A program made the position numbers and the translations under genes. Below, piece by piece: positions 40,201 to 52,900 of a DNA stretch of 64,000 bases. The notes below the pieces were generated by a model. It saw only the letters and a list, made by a program, of their open reading frames with translations, was not told the DNA's origin and did no database searches. Origin of the DNA: Phoronis australis (Eukaryota > Animalia > Phoronida). Position 1 is the first letter of the stretch. The number at the start of each line of letters is the position of its first letter. Where the stretch lies: the NCBI GenBank assembly GCA_002633005.1, contig NMRA01000321.1, forward strand, positions 430,724 through 494,723. Direction: 5' to 3'.

Positions 40201-40868
40201 AGACGGACTTTCAGATTCTGTAATAGGAATATGCTCAGCAAACGATCATCAATTGTAATACAATTGATTTTAATATGTTTGTCCAAGTTTGCTCACCAAA
40301 AATCAAAATGTTTCTACCCATGCAGTCATTTGTATTTTTAATGGTGAGTGAAACGTATCATGTGCACGAACATAATCCCCGGATGCTTGTAGTCACTTGA
40401 CCATGTTTTTCTACGAAATCGTAATTTCTACCTATAGAGATGTATTGGGCGATGGTTGCAAATTCTTTCATCTGTCTATTCTCCGAGTCTAGGATATTCT
40501 GTCGATGTGTTTTAGACTGGGAATTCGGCAACACAATTTAAGACATGGTCACGCGACAACAAACTTATAGTCATTTTCTCTTGCACACGTTGAATTTCTG
40601 CAACCATTAAGAGCTTTAAGAATCATGTAAGAATTGGTTGTTTGAATATTAATGCACTGCTCGAGAACACGTCGTGGTGAAGGGTACATCAGTGTAAGTT
40701 CATCAATAATGCCAGGTCGTGCATCACATATAACCGGAATAGTTATATTTATTACTGGAAGTTGCATTTTGCCCTGTTAAGTTGTCACTGTTGAAATCTT
40801 AACTGAAGCGTTTTGAGGCATTCAAAATAGTTTCTCGTTCACCCAATTTTGAATTCTTGTCAAATGAG

Positions 40869-41027
40869 CAGTGTTGTAGTGGGGCGTAGGCGCACGTAGG
40901 CACAGCCAACCACATTTTGGCATTTGAACGTAACCACGCCTACGCACCGTAAGATACATTCAGTGCTCAAGATGATACCGTGGGGTTTCGGCTCCTACTT
41001 ACCTCTACTTCTACCACTACAGCACTG
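40869..41027. mobile_element. hAT-type MITE
   Basis: TIR CAGTGTTGTAGTGG / CCACTACAGCACTG; perfect 8-bp TSD CAAATGAG. Confidence 0.85.
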
Positions 41028-41366
41028 CAAATGAGCCGCCAACTCACGTCACGGGTGATGCGACCATGTATAACGAGTCATAAGCCACAACTTAAAGTGT
41101 AAATTGCAAGGTCTAAGTATGTTAAATTGTAATAATATTTTCAAGATATTGTTAGTTGGATATATCTTCTTCCAATTATCATGTTATTGTGTCTGTAGTT
41201 ACGTTAAAAAGCGAAAATTAAAAAAAATCCGCGAAAAGTAGACCTTTGACACCGTGACATGGTGTTGGGGAACACAAACTAGATCAATATCCCACAATGC
41301 AGTTTACCGCCCATACAAAACAGTGGAAGACGAACAAGGAGCGTTCAATCTTGGCGTGATTTAGGC

Positions 41367-42734
41367 ATGGTACATCGGTGTGTGTGCGCCAACTGTGCTA
41401 ACACCAGCCAGGTGGAAGGCGTGACCCTATTTAGGTTTCCCAAAGACAAGCATCTGGCCGCGAAATGCCACGTTTTCGTGTGCACTGCTCGTCATTGTAA
41501 AATGACTGTCGAGTCGGCCAGTCTGTCGGAGCCGAAATATGCTCCGACCACTTTGAGGACGGCTGCTTCGACGACAAACATATCATGAAGTTTGAAGCTG
41601 GTCTTGTGAAAAGGTAAGTTATCTTCATAATTTATGGCTTATATCCATGACGCTTTCTCAGTGCTTGAACTATAACGATCTTTTTTCGCAATCACCATAG
41701 TTCTCGCGGTCAACAATTGCTGAGTGTTGCCGGTGGTATTTCTTTGGAATGTTGCCCAGTAGGCTATTTGTTGATTCAACTGTTCTTGGTGTTGTGTGTG
41801 TAGCAGCGCTAGTTGAGCATCATGTTGACCCAATGCAATTTCATTTGCTGATGGTTCTCAAAGTCAAGTCACGCGAAGTCAGTAAGGATCATTTAGGGTA
41901 TCATATTTTTGAGAATCATTGTCTTCAGCCAAATTAGAGTGGAGATATACACCTGGTACTATGGGGAGAGCAGCACTTGGGGGGACAATACCATCAGCCC
42001 CCTATGGTGCACACCGCCCATGCCGATGGGCGGCCCAGCTCTGAAGTAACTACATACATGTACTATAGCCCTGTTGTAGATGTGCTTCCGGTGAATCATA
42101 TGAGCCTCTGTTAGCTACTCGCTAATGGGAAATTGCCTATTAGCTGAATGGTTAGCACGCTTGCCGGTTTTATGGGGGTCGTGGGTTCGATTCCTGAGTC
42201 GGGTAATCTCGGCTATTACTACAGCCCCCCCCCCCCCCCCTACGAGGCTATGGTGCGCTTCAGAGACCACTGTATTTGAGCATCAGGAGGTTCTTTGTGG
42301 GGTTTTGTCAACCAAGTAATAGATGGTGGTGTGCTGACAAAAGTTTGAACTGTTCTAACGATGGTACTTAAGTTGCACGGTTTTGATTATTAAAGTAACC
42401 TGCTTCAAAAATAAAACAGGGTTAACTCTGGTTTTGGCCTTTGCTTGAAGGTTATAAAAGTAGGCGAAAACTTGCACTTAGGTGACGTCGTGTTTAACTT
42501 AAATCATTGATTCAAAATGATTTTTACTTTAAATTGCAGTTGTGCTTTTCAGAGTATGTGAACGAAGTAAGGAAGAATACGTTACACTTGTTGCGAAATA
42601 AAAGAGAAGCCAGTGACCTCGAAATTTGTTTGGAAATTGACGCCCCTCCAATGCTGAGTGCTGGTGCTCCAGACGTGTCCAAGGAGGAGGCCGTGGCACG
42701 GATGAGGAGCCGATATCCAGACAAATTCAATTAG
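41367..42734 (+). pseudogene. Kolobok transposase remnant: THAP exon and C-terminal exon, catalytic core missing
   Basis: 41367-41613 MVHRCVCANCANT..LFRFPKD..(frameshift)ICSDHFEDGCF, donor AAG|gtaagt; 42553-42734 EYVNEVRK...PPMLSAGAPDVSKEEAVARMRSRY, resembling Kolobok transposase C-termini. Confidence 0.75.
42134..42206 (+). repeat. tRNA-derived SINE head / tRNA pseudogene
   Basis: A box TAGCTGAATGG, B box GGTTCGATTCC at tRNA spacing; stems degenerate. Confidence 0.55.
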
Positions 42735-42787
42735 ACTGCTTGTTTTGTCAATGGACAGTACTGATATTTCTTTCCATCACATACATG

Positions 42788-43169
42788 ACAATGAATGATA
42801 TTGGGGCACGAAAAGACTGACGACCCACACAGGTACCTTTTCGCCCCCTTACCGATGCATTATATGGGACGGCAACAGTTTACTGTTAATCAAATAAACC
42901 TAAAAGCTATGCCACAATATTTATAGTCATTATATTGAAGTAACATTGAAATGTTTCAATGTTAGAACATAGTATGTCGCAGGGTTTATACAAAGCGGAC
43001 AGCCATATGGCACGCTCAAAAGTGTTTCACGATTTCCAATACTGGTACTATAAATACTCTAGCATTGCTATCTGTACAGCTTTCAAAAAAAAACCCTAAA
43101 ACATTGGTAGTGATGAAAATATACATGGGTCGTCAGTCTTCTCGTGTCTGCCAATATCATTCAAATTGT
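42788..43169. mobile_element. MITE-like insert with ~40-45-bp inverted ends nested in the Kolobok
   Basis: TGAATGATATTGG..CACGAAAAGACTGACGACCCA versus TGGGTCGTCAGTCTTCTCGTG..CCAATATCATTCA. Confidence 0.6.
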
Positions 43170-44034
43170 ACGACAGAATAATCATTTGCACAGAATCCCA
43201 ACTCTACTGTCTAACATTTTCTTGCGAGTTTTTTTGCGAGTGGTCCAAGCACTCTCTCCAGATTTCTCACTTCCTATACATGTGTATAATTTTGTGTGTT
43301 TTATACCATGTCATAGACATCTGAAGCTATTGCATACTGTAGCTTTTGGGTGGAAATTCAGTACTTTGCCACGTCATGGTAGTTAATGTCTTGTTGAATT
43401 ACAGTAGAACTCGGTAAGTTGGAGCCAGTGAGACAGATATTTCATCGAAGTCAAAGTTACTTGGAGGCGTTACAGGAATTAATGCATGCTAGCCTTTCTA
43501 GTTTCCAATGAAGCACTACCAATGTAACGAGTCCTACTGTATAAGAAGAGGGCAGGAGATTCAGTCTCTACCTCAGACAATAGTCCAGATTTTTATGTAA
43601 CAGCAATATTGTTGAATGTGTTCACTTGAAACTCACTAACAACTCCAGTGAGACCAATTCCTAAGTAAACCATAACTGATGTTGAGTTTAGAGGTTTATA
43701 ATGTAGTTCTAGTAACATTACACTTGTCATGACCATGTCACTATAAGTTCCTGAACATCAATATATGCTACTTTCTTTGTCAATTGTTTACCATTCTGAA
43801 AACACAGAAATCCATCATGGAATGCCAACTTCATTTTTGTACCACTGAGATTGCGCTGTGATTGCATTCGTTTGTTAGGATATTTGTTCTCTCTATGGAA
43901 CTTGTCACTTATTTCAACTCGTCCAAAGTAGATACTCCCCGAGTCACAAGTTTTAGTAATAGAGTACTTAGGTAATGAGCTGGAGTTGGCATTCCAGGGA
44001 TAAGACAACTCGATATATATATACATAAATGAAA

Positions 44035-45835
44035 CTAATAAGAAAACCCTTGAAACTCAAAGTCCTCCTCATTTCCCGGTGGAGGGTAAAAAGCTCTGAT
44101 GCAGGCTACTGCGCATGCTGGAATTACAACACGGACAGTTCGTCCTAGGTGACCATGCACCCATCTTTGGAACTGTCTGTAGGCTATGTGTCGCATCCTT
44201 TTATCAAAGGGTCCGTCATAGCCATCCGGATATTGGCTTTTATACTGCAACCATGCAGTCTCCAAAACATCACGATTGATGCACACAGGTTGAAAACTTC
44301 CATGGTACACGATACATTTTTTTCTTCCGTTTAAGTTGTCCCTCTTCATTTCGTCCTCAAGTTTAGCAATAACTTTGTCGACTTCTTGACAACATACTCT
44401 TTCTTCAATGACTGCAGTAGTCTGACAGTTGTCACACGTGCACCTGCAAGATGTGACAATATGTATACATTACTTTAGTAAACATCAAAATGTCGAATTG
44501 AAAAAATTACTGATTTACCAAGAGTGTCTCGGCCAAATTAATTGAGGGTTTGCAATGACCTCAGTTTTCGAGAAGACTGATTGTTGAGCAGCGACCTGTT
44601 TAAAACAGAACAAAAATGAAACTAAATTCCAAAAAACAAGCTTTGAAACATCACATAAATAGTAAAGATATTTACTTTTCATACAAATGAATACTGCTAC
44701 ACCCAGGGCAGTGGCAGATCATGCCTGGGGGATATATATATAGGAATGGACATACTTAGTTTGATTTGCTGACACCTGATTCATTGATGGAGGGGTCTGT
44801 TTTGTTAATAATCGTGAATATTACAGTAAACATTTTTAAAAACTTCTCAATATCCGATGCCTTCTATACTCTTTAGAAACTTTACCAGACGGTTCCTTCC
44901 CAAGTCAACTCGCACCCAAGCCATGTACCAATTTTCACAAATAACAGCAACATTAGGTACATAGGCATGAAAGCATTGACTTACACAAACTAAACCTGGT
45001 TAGAAAAACGTGTGTACATTGCTCTGGGTCCAAGTTGACTTGGCCCTAGAGTATGAAAATGAAGTGACCTGTTTTATAACCCATGGAATTCCCTCCGGCC
45101 CCCAGGTAAGAAAGTCTAAGTTGCAAAATTGCAATTCTTTTTTCCTCTTGTTTACACTACACAGTTGAGTATTGGGAGGTGGTTCTCATTCTTTCCCATG
45201 CATACATTTATTCACTCACTAGTAAGACTGAGCTCAGGGGAGTAGGAGACAACTTCGTACAATGCCCAATTGTCTGCCAGTGAAAGCCAGGATTCGAACC
45301 CGAGTCTCACAAACAAGAGTCCGGGGCCCAAACCAATGCGCCACTGTCTACAAATAATGAAAGACCACACATTGTTGAGTGATTTGCGTAAGTGCAACGA
45401 GTCCCATTTTTTATCACTGAAACTGGTACTTATCCACGGCTGAAAAATGATTCATCAGTGGGGACGAGAGCGCCTGGGAGTGACCGGTAAAGCTACTGAA
45501 CTTAAAATTAAAAAAGACCAAGTAGTAATTCGCGGTAGTATGATGCATATTTATAATATTCTTACCAGTCACTAACATTCTGTCGCAACTCCTGCGCACC
45601 TTCTGCCCGTTGATATTCACTGCACGAACCGGCTGGGGCTGGATCGTCGACAACCGGAGCAAGGGAAACGGTTCTACTAGAGAGAAGGTGTGAGCACAAA
45701 TTCAACGGTTCCTATGGGGTCTGTCGCCTCCTCCTCCACATCCGAAACGTCAGAATCGTCTGAAAACTCCACCTGACCCTCCCTGTATCTTTCAAAATAT
45801 TCTTCATCTACGCTGCTGTACTCACTGGGATCCAT
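44035..45835 (-). pseudogene. KolX accessory gene (P2X7 ballast/nanor-like Cys-rich domain); exon 2 intact, exon 1 frameshifted
   Basis: Exon 1 45835-45566 (acidic MDPSEYSSVDEE..., in-frame TAG TAG, other frame ends NVSD-TG|gtaag). Exon 2 44443-44035 WCTCDNC..EERVCCQEV..CIVYHGSFQPVCINRDVL..RHIAYRQFQRWVHGHLGRTVRVVIPACAVACIRAFYP..FQGF*. Confidence 0.85.
45225..45350 (-). repeat. tRNA-derived SINE fragment in the KolX intron
   Basis: Minus strand GTGGCGCATTGGT A box and GGTTCGAATCC B box. Confidence 0.55.
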
Positions 45836-47073
45836 ATTGTTTTCTTTGTGTTCCCCAACACCACGTCACAGATGTGTAACGAAGGAAAATGGCGCCGTTT
45901 CTACTTTCCGTTACAACAATGGCGTTACAACGCCACGGCAACAAATATGTAAATAACTTTTTATAGCGACGTACAATTCAGTTAATATTAAGAATATAGC
46001 AATAATAATTATAAACATGAATTTAGAGCATATTGTTGTTCAGATTGGTTGAGACCTTGCAATTTACACTTTAAAGGTTAAATTTAACCTACAGTAGTTG
46101 ATGATAAATTCGATGTTCATGTTGGTACAGAAGTCGACCCTGCCACGATAAGGGATATTACAAGACCGACATAATGCGAGCAAAAGGCACGACTTGGTTT
46201 TCGCTCATTAGTTTAGGTACATGTAACTAATCAAGGTGAAGTGCAGCTATAAATTGCAAATGACGGTTTCTATTTACTGAGAACTAGGAACCAGTATTGG
46301 TTCTTAGCTGAGAAACATTACATTATTTCCAATGCACCGTTGATTACTTACCAGTTTTTGCTGAAAACAAAACCAGTTTCCAGTTCACCGATACTCGACA
46401 TCACAAAAATCACTATCAAGCCAATTCATTTAGGTACAGGGTGTTATGTTCGTGGTTTTCATTAAACTTGCAGAGTCCAAAACATAACCTTATATGGCAC
46501 TGGTAGCTAGAATCATAGATTGTGTAAGTTGTGCAAAACAATTCTCTGAAATCTGATTATGACTCATGAGCATATGATCTTTAGTTCTGACAAACAAGTT
46601 TTCAGTTGAGAGTTAGACAGCATAGTGAATAGATGTATCTTGTAGATCTCTAGAATAAACCCACGTAAAACCGTAACACAGAGTTGCGTTTGAGAGAGGA
46701 TTTCATACACAGGGGTTACTTCAGCGAAACGTTGGTATGGATGAATAGCAACCGAATCGATTTAACGATTGCGCATGTCCGGAAACTAGGGTGCGCAAAG
46801 GCTATTGGGATTGATTAGGGTATATGGAATGGCCGATTGGTTTGCACGACGTGTGATTTGTGTGCATTAAACTACGCTGCTGGATGTAATTCTGCCGCTA
46901 TTCGCCCTACTAAGCGCTCATTCACCAATAAGTGCGCCAAGGAGTTTTAAAACATTGCTAAAGTAAGCGCCCAGCCCATGAACTACATACGAAAAATGCC
47001 TTAGTTCTAACGTCTCCAATTGATTAATTGAAAGACCCGACAATCCTGAATTTGTAGACTACGAGCCTCACCG

Positions 47074-47300
47074 TTATGTCCGTATACACTTCAAACGTAC
47101 GCCTCGATTCAAAAAGAACGCAGAAGTTTTGCTGCTCTTGCGAGGGATGTGCCCCACTACGCGTGTCTGGACTTTGAAAATAGACGCAGCGTACTTGTCA
47201 GCGGGATTGCATTGTTTCTTTCCGGTACAGATCTTATCCGGCCTCAACAGGAATCCAAACTTCTTTGTACACGTGAAAACTGTGAATCGAAGACTAATAA
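47074..47300 (-). pseudogene. Degenerate HIRAN-like ORF typical of invertebrate DNA-transposon cargo
   Basis: FHVYKEVWIPV (one frame) then NPADKYAASIFKVQTRVVGHIPRKSSKTSAFFLNRG..KC (another frame) matches the RGYHVY..W.P...N..D..AV...VGH.PR pattern. Confidence 0.6.
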
Positions 47301-49963
47301 AAAACTCTACCAGTGTTAGCACGCGGCCAAGAAGCGCGCGCTGCATAATGTACCGGCTGTCATCGAGGACATTAAGTCGAGAACTATCTATTCATAAAAC
47401 GGGTAACAAATAAAGATTGACACTAATTTCCGAAAGTTTCTAATACCGTAAAAACACTTTTGCATTATGTTTGAGAGAAATTATTTATCTAATCATAATT
47501 GGTGTTTTTAAAATCAAAATGACCCACTGATAGTGAACACATTCGCACCCTTACACCCCGAATCTTCCGGAAAATACCTGTTACACTACGGTCACGCATC
47601 CTCTCACCCGGCGACTCAATGAGTGACATATCTGTCTTACCGAAAAATTCTCGAACGTTTTTTAGCAGATGAGGCCAGCAAGTGCTAAGCTAGATATTAA
47701 AACACGCTGTGCTTGACTGTTTGTGTTGATTTCTTTGGATACAATGCACACCTAGATCATTACATCGCATTTACTCTGGCAAAGGAACTCTGATGACAAG
47801 CACACGCACGCTTACTCTCACACACACGCATACGAACTGCAAAACACACGTCACGTGACAATAACATGTGTGTTCCTCCAGAGATTTTTTTCGTGTTGGG
47901 GGCTACAATCTAGCGCAGATTTGGTCTTAATCTGCAGTTAATCCAGACTCCACAAGAACTTAAAAAATCTTAGAGACGCTATTTGGAAAACTTGAGGAGG
48001 ATTTCAGGTAATTTCTTGAGTCGAAGCTGTATTCTTATTCAAGAATTCAAGCCCTATCGACGATTGCGAGACCGGCAGCTAAGAATTTTGTCGGCAAGAT
48101 TTCGCCCTTTTTCTGAAAAATGATCGTAATTTAACAACGAATTTTGAAGGCAATGCACCACAATTTTGTAGAAAGCAAATAATAATATTGTACACGCTTT
48201 ATCTTAGAGCGTTAATGCATATAGTGTGCGTACGTTAAGTGAGTTGACCCAGAACAGGTGATTGTGCAGAGGCATTATCCTCAAAATTTCTCATGTTGGC
48301 TTGGTTCTGGTCAAGCGAAAACAAGTTTTTTTTTCATTACCAACCGCCGTGGAGTATTTGTTACTGTTTCTTTGAAGGGAGATATTGTTGGGCAGTTTCC
48401 AAGATACGTTTTCTTGCTGCCCTCAAAATGAGCTCTGCTATGCTACGAAGTCGAAAAGAATTCACTACGTCGGCCTTTGCTACCAGCTCTACCGATGTCT
48501 CTGACCCATGTTTAACGCAGTTCTTGATCTTTGGGAAACAGGTAGTAACTAAATTCTTTATCTCGCTAACTGGTATTATAGCATGCCAGGCACACAACAC
48601 GTATAACCTCCCTGTGACCGGTTCGCCCCCACGCTTGCCGACGTACTTGTTTACCAGTTTAACCACAATGCAACATTCTGACCCATTTTGCAATATGGCG
48701 GCGTTGCAACTCCGTTATTGGCCCACGTGGTCTAAAGTCTATAGAGCAATTTGGAGGACATGCATGTATTGGCCGTGATAGCTTTTTGTTCTTTTGGCGC
48801 TTCTTTTTTAATGGCACCGTTAGTCAAAATTAAGCAATCACTGTGCGTTCATGAAATTACTTTTGTGGCAACGACGGGGGGAGGGATGCTCCTTTATTAA
48901 AAAGTCATCAACAACACGTACTCGTAATTATAAAGTTTCCGAATATTACACTGATTGCATGGTTTTAATAACATTTAAATTCGTATAATGTATTGTAAAT
49001 CTTTTGTACCATTCTGAATACTGCCGGCATTTTTTATAGTCTGCCGATTTCACTTTCCTCTCCATAAATGCATGTGTAAGTATCTGTTCTGTTTTTGTGT
49101 GACGTCACGAATGCAATCGATGTTTTTACCGGGCAACAGTAATGGATAAAAAACTTGGGGTTACATTAGCCATATCGGACGCAGGGTTTAACCTTTCAAT
49201 TTATGTTCAGGTCAGTGAGCACCGGCGGCAATTTGTGATATAATATTGAGATGTCCCTTTTAAAATAGGTCTGTAAGTTTCATGTATGGTTGTTAAATTT
49301 CCGTGAGCTTCAGCCTTTCACAATGTTGTTGTATGAAGACTAAAGATTTTGATCAAAGGTGCAGAAGACACAGAAAATTAACAGCGCAAGGGGTTGAAAG
49401 CATTAACAATATGCAGAAACAGCTTTAATAATGAAGTTCGTATTCAAAAAAATATTTACATGCTTGTCTCTGATGGAGTTTGTGACATAACAAGTTGTAA
49501 TAAAACGAGGTTCCACCGCAACGGCAGTCAACTTTAAACGCACGAGTGACGACAACTGAAATGGTCGTTCCAAAGCGTATACCCAAAAAATACCCACCTT
49601 AATGGACGGTTGTTACATACATGTACCAATAACGTAAACGCCCAGGCCCAAGTACGTTGAGGCCCACAGGAAATGACTCGATACATCCTTAGTACAAGAA
49701 CAACGATGAATTTTGAGTGCAGTGAGTATAAAACTAACTCAACGGGATGTCAATTTTGACGGTACAGTCGTTGCCATGCCCCCTGGATAACCAGTTACAA
49801 ACTAAAGCTCCAGTAGCCAAGCAGGGCCGAAATCATTCAACAGTGAACAGGCGCGACAACGCATGTTTTGGTGTTTAAAAACACTAGTATTCGCGTGTTG
49901 CTTGAGAATTTAACTTTTGCAGCTCTGCCACCATTGTTATTATCACAAGCAAAATCAAGATTG

Positions 49964-52900
49964 CTAATTAATGAAAGATTTTTTTAATCCTGACATGTGC
50001 CCCTTAAAGTTCTCGTTTTCACTCGCTCTGTCCACTCTTTCAGCGGTATCACTTCTGCTTGAAGAGACGGGATTGTCCTAAAAATAAAGTAGACAATCCT
50101 ATAGACCCAATTCACGCGGCGGACATTAAAATCCAAAGCGAGGCTCACTGCGATAAACAAAGCGGAAATTTGCATTGCGTGAGTTAAATGGCCGGTCTTT
50201 GGAGTCCAACCTGAATATTGAATCTTGCGTCAATAATTAACCACAGAGACGTAGAAAATACAGTTAAAGAACAATTCAATGCACCAAAGAGTTGTCTGAC
50301 GAAAGGATATAAGTTTTTTTTTCCGGAAAACTAGGTTCGAAACATGAAAAGTAAACATGACCAAATTGCGGCGATCGTACGGATTAGGTATCATGCTGAA
50401 TTCAGGGTTACGTTTCTTCTAATAAATTCTTAAATGCTTTCTACACGAACCAGGTCATCTGGTCGTCTTTTTGACGAGTTGCAGTTATATTCGACAGTGG
50501 TGGCTCATAGCATTTCACTGTCACGTGCAATTAGTCACATCTGGTTCAATTTGTTGATCAAGAGCAGGCCTAGCTTCAAGCATAGCCTAGATCCTGGTGA
50601 GGTAGGCACTACCGGGACTAACAATTGATTTGTCATTGATCTGAAATGCGATACTTGATGTTATTAAATATATCTTTTGATTACGATAAAAAACCAGGCT
50701 CGCAACTGAAAATAAAAATCATATGACCATCAATTCTGCTTTCTTGGTTTTAATAATTACATCTATTTCATGTGTTATATTTTTCAAATATCAATCTTGA
50801 CCAAGTTGAACTTTAAAATTAAAAACCTTATTCTTTCGTCCAAAGCATAACCTCGTTTTAGAGCTCAATTTCAGTTAACTGGACAGAGCACAGTGGCGGA
50901 TTTAGAGGGGAGCCAAGGGGGCTATGCTCCCAAATTCCATTCAGAGGTCTCGTTCATATCCCGGCGAGGGGAAAGGTGCCTGTGCGGCCTTCTGAGAGGG
51001 GAACGTCCGACGGGTCAGTGCAAAATCTACTGACCTCCTGATCACCATCAATAGCACCCCGCCCTGTTGCAAGCTCTCATAGCTCTGTCTCAAGTAGCAT
51101 TTTCAGTGGCTGATCTAGGATACCATGAGGGGGGCACGACATCCTCGGAGAAGCGGGCAAAGCGCGATTGTATGCACGCAGGCGGCCCGGAAGTTGCGGG
51201 CGCCGAGGATGTATACCTTCTGCTCAGGAAATCTGCGGTCGGACTAAAAAAAAAAACGGAACGTGTTTCCCCCTCGTCTGCTAGGTTCTACCTCGAACTC
51301 AGTATAGTCCTCCCCGGCGCTTCGTCACGTTTTGCTGGTTTATTTTGCTTGCGGCAGTCAGGAGGTAGGGGCCAGGGGGTCATCCCCGCCCCCCCTAAAT
51401 CCGCCTTTGATTTTGTACTTTTTCAAATTGTCATGAAAACACAGCCTGGCTGGCCGAAGATTCTCCGGGGCCTCGTTGCTATGGCGGCATCCGCGATGCG
51501 ACAAATTATGATTTTTAAAACATGCAGTTATAAATTTTACACGGACATATTTTCGTTCGCCGCGGCGTATGGCAAAGACCCAACGCTTCCGAATCCCAAC
51601 GTCCTTAGGGATTGTAAAACAGACACTTGAGTGTCCGTAATTTTTCTAGCTGTTCGAGCAACGCGCCTCCTGTCGGCGTGAATAGGGTCTATATTGAAAT
51701 ACACAACTAGCGTGTTTTCAAGGCATATTTATCGGAACTAAGAGCTGTAACGGTGTGTCAATATTGCCCTATACTGAATACAGGAAGCCATAGATGGAAC
51801 ATGGAGCAGATACCGTTGAGACGAGGTTACAATGAAAACAGATATTTTGTGTTTGACAGATATCTCTCGAAAATAATCATGAGTACAGAGTGTACATGTA
51901 CGTACACGTAAAAGCACTTGATTAAAGTTTAATTTTGCCCCGTTTAGCAGATGAAAAAAAACACAAAAATTAAACTTTTTACTCTTGTAAAATTGGTCTC
52001 ATAACAGCTCATTTACGTGATATGATTCTGTCTCTGTTACAAAACAGATCACCGAAACCATCAGTGATTCAAAAAACGCTTCAGAGTTTATAGGGTTAAC
52101 CGACTCTTTGGTTGAAAATTTGAAAATTGTACATGTACACACTGCCTGTGACTTGAGTTGCCCGCTAATTCGGCAACACTTCAAACTCAAATAAGTTTAG
52201 CGATTTTTTTAAACCCCAAAGCGTTACTGTTAAGAGTTTAACATTGTCAGCTAAACAGCGACAAAATGCTCCGCAGCAACATATTACCTTTCCACGGTTA
52301 CAGCCCCGATATAAAGTTAGCAGTTGGGGTACAATTTTATGGACCCAAATCCTGTCCGGCTGATGGATGTCAACGGATATCTTTGAATCGGCTTCACTCC
52401 AAAGACTAGCGGCAGATAGTTCACGGCCTATGCAGTTCAACACTTGTTGCTTAAAATTTTCTAGTTCCTCACACTTTTCTTTGAATTCAGACTTTTCACG
52501 CATGAGAATAACTGAAAAAGAAAAACCCAGAACGTTGATTTGGGTTCACTGTATGTGCTTCGTAAATGACGAAAATAAGTGTAATTCGTTGATTTAAATA
52601 TTTCTGAGCACTAGCGAACTTTAAATTTTGTCTATTGGTTACAGCGCTGGTCATCTGAAAATAGTCTTGGTACTGAGGCAAACACACACATTTGTAATTT
52701 CCACAATGGCGTAACAGTAGTCAAACTGTCTTAACGACTGTCTGACAGGTTTTCGTCCACAAAAGACACATTCTTCAAACGAAATATCAAGCCGTTAGAC
52801 CGAATGGAAGGCTTATGCGTAAAAAACGGAACCATGCCAACTTTGTGTGTGGGGGTGCAGTACATGAAAGGTAAACTCGAAAACAGGCAGGTGTCATCGT

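Larger units (their letters stand above)
41096..46070 (+). mobile_element. Kolobok DNA transposon (non-autonomous, 4975 bp) with convergent transposase remnant and KolX gene
   Basis: TTAA|AGTGTAAATTGCAAGGTCT...AGACCTTGCAATTTACACT|TTAA (perfect 19-bp TIR); THAP exon on +, KolX on -. Confidence 0.92.

Noticed and set aside
42134-42206. Functional tRNA gene
   Set aside because: Acceptor and anticodon stems do not pair well; treated as a SINE head, like the copies near 12734 and 45300.
48293-48778. Overlapping 161-aa and 110-aa ORFs
   Set aside because: No recognisable motif or convincing splice sites; cannot be supported without a search.
51067-51630. 187-aa plus-strand ORF
   Set aside because: Mostly reads through a GC-rich MITE and the antisense strand of a THAP relic.
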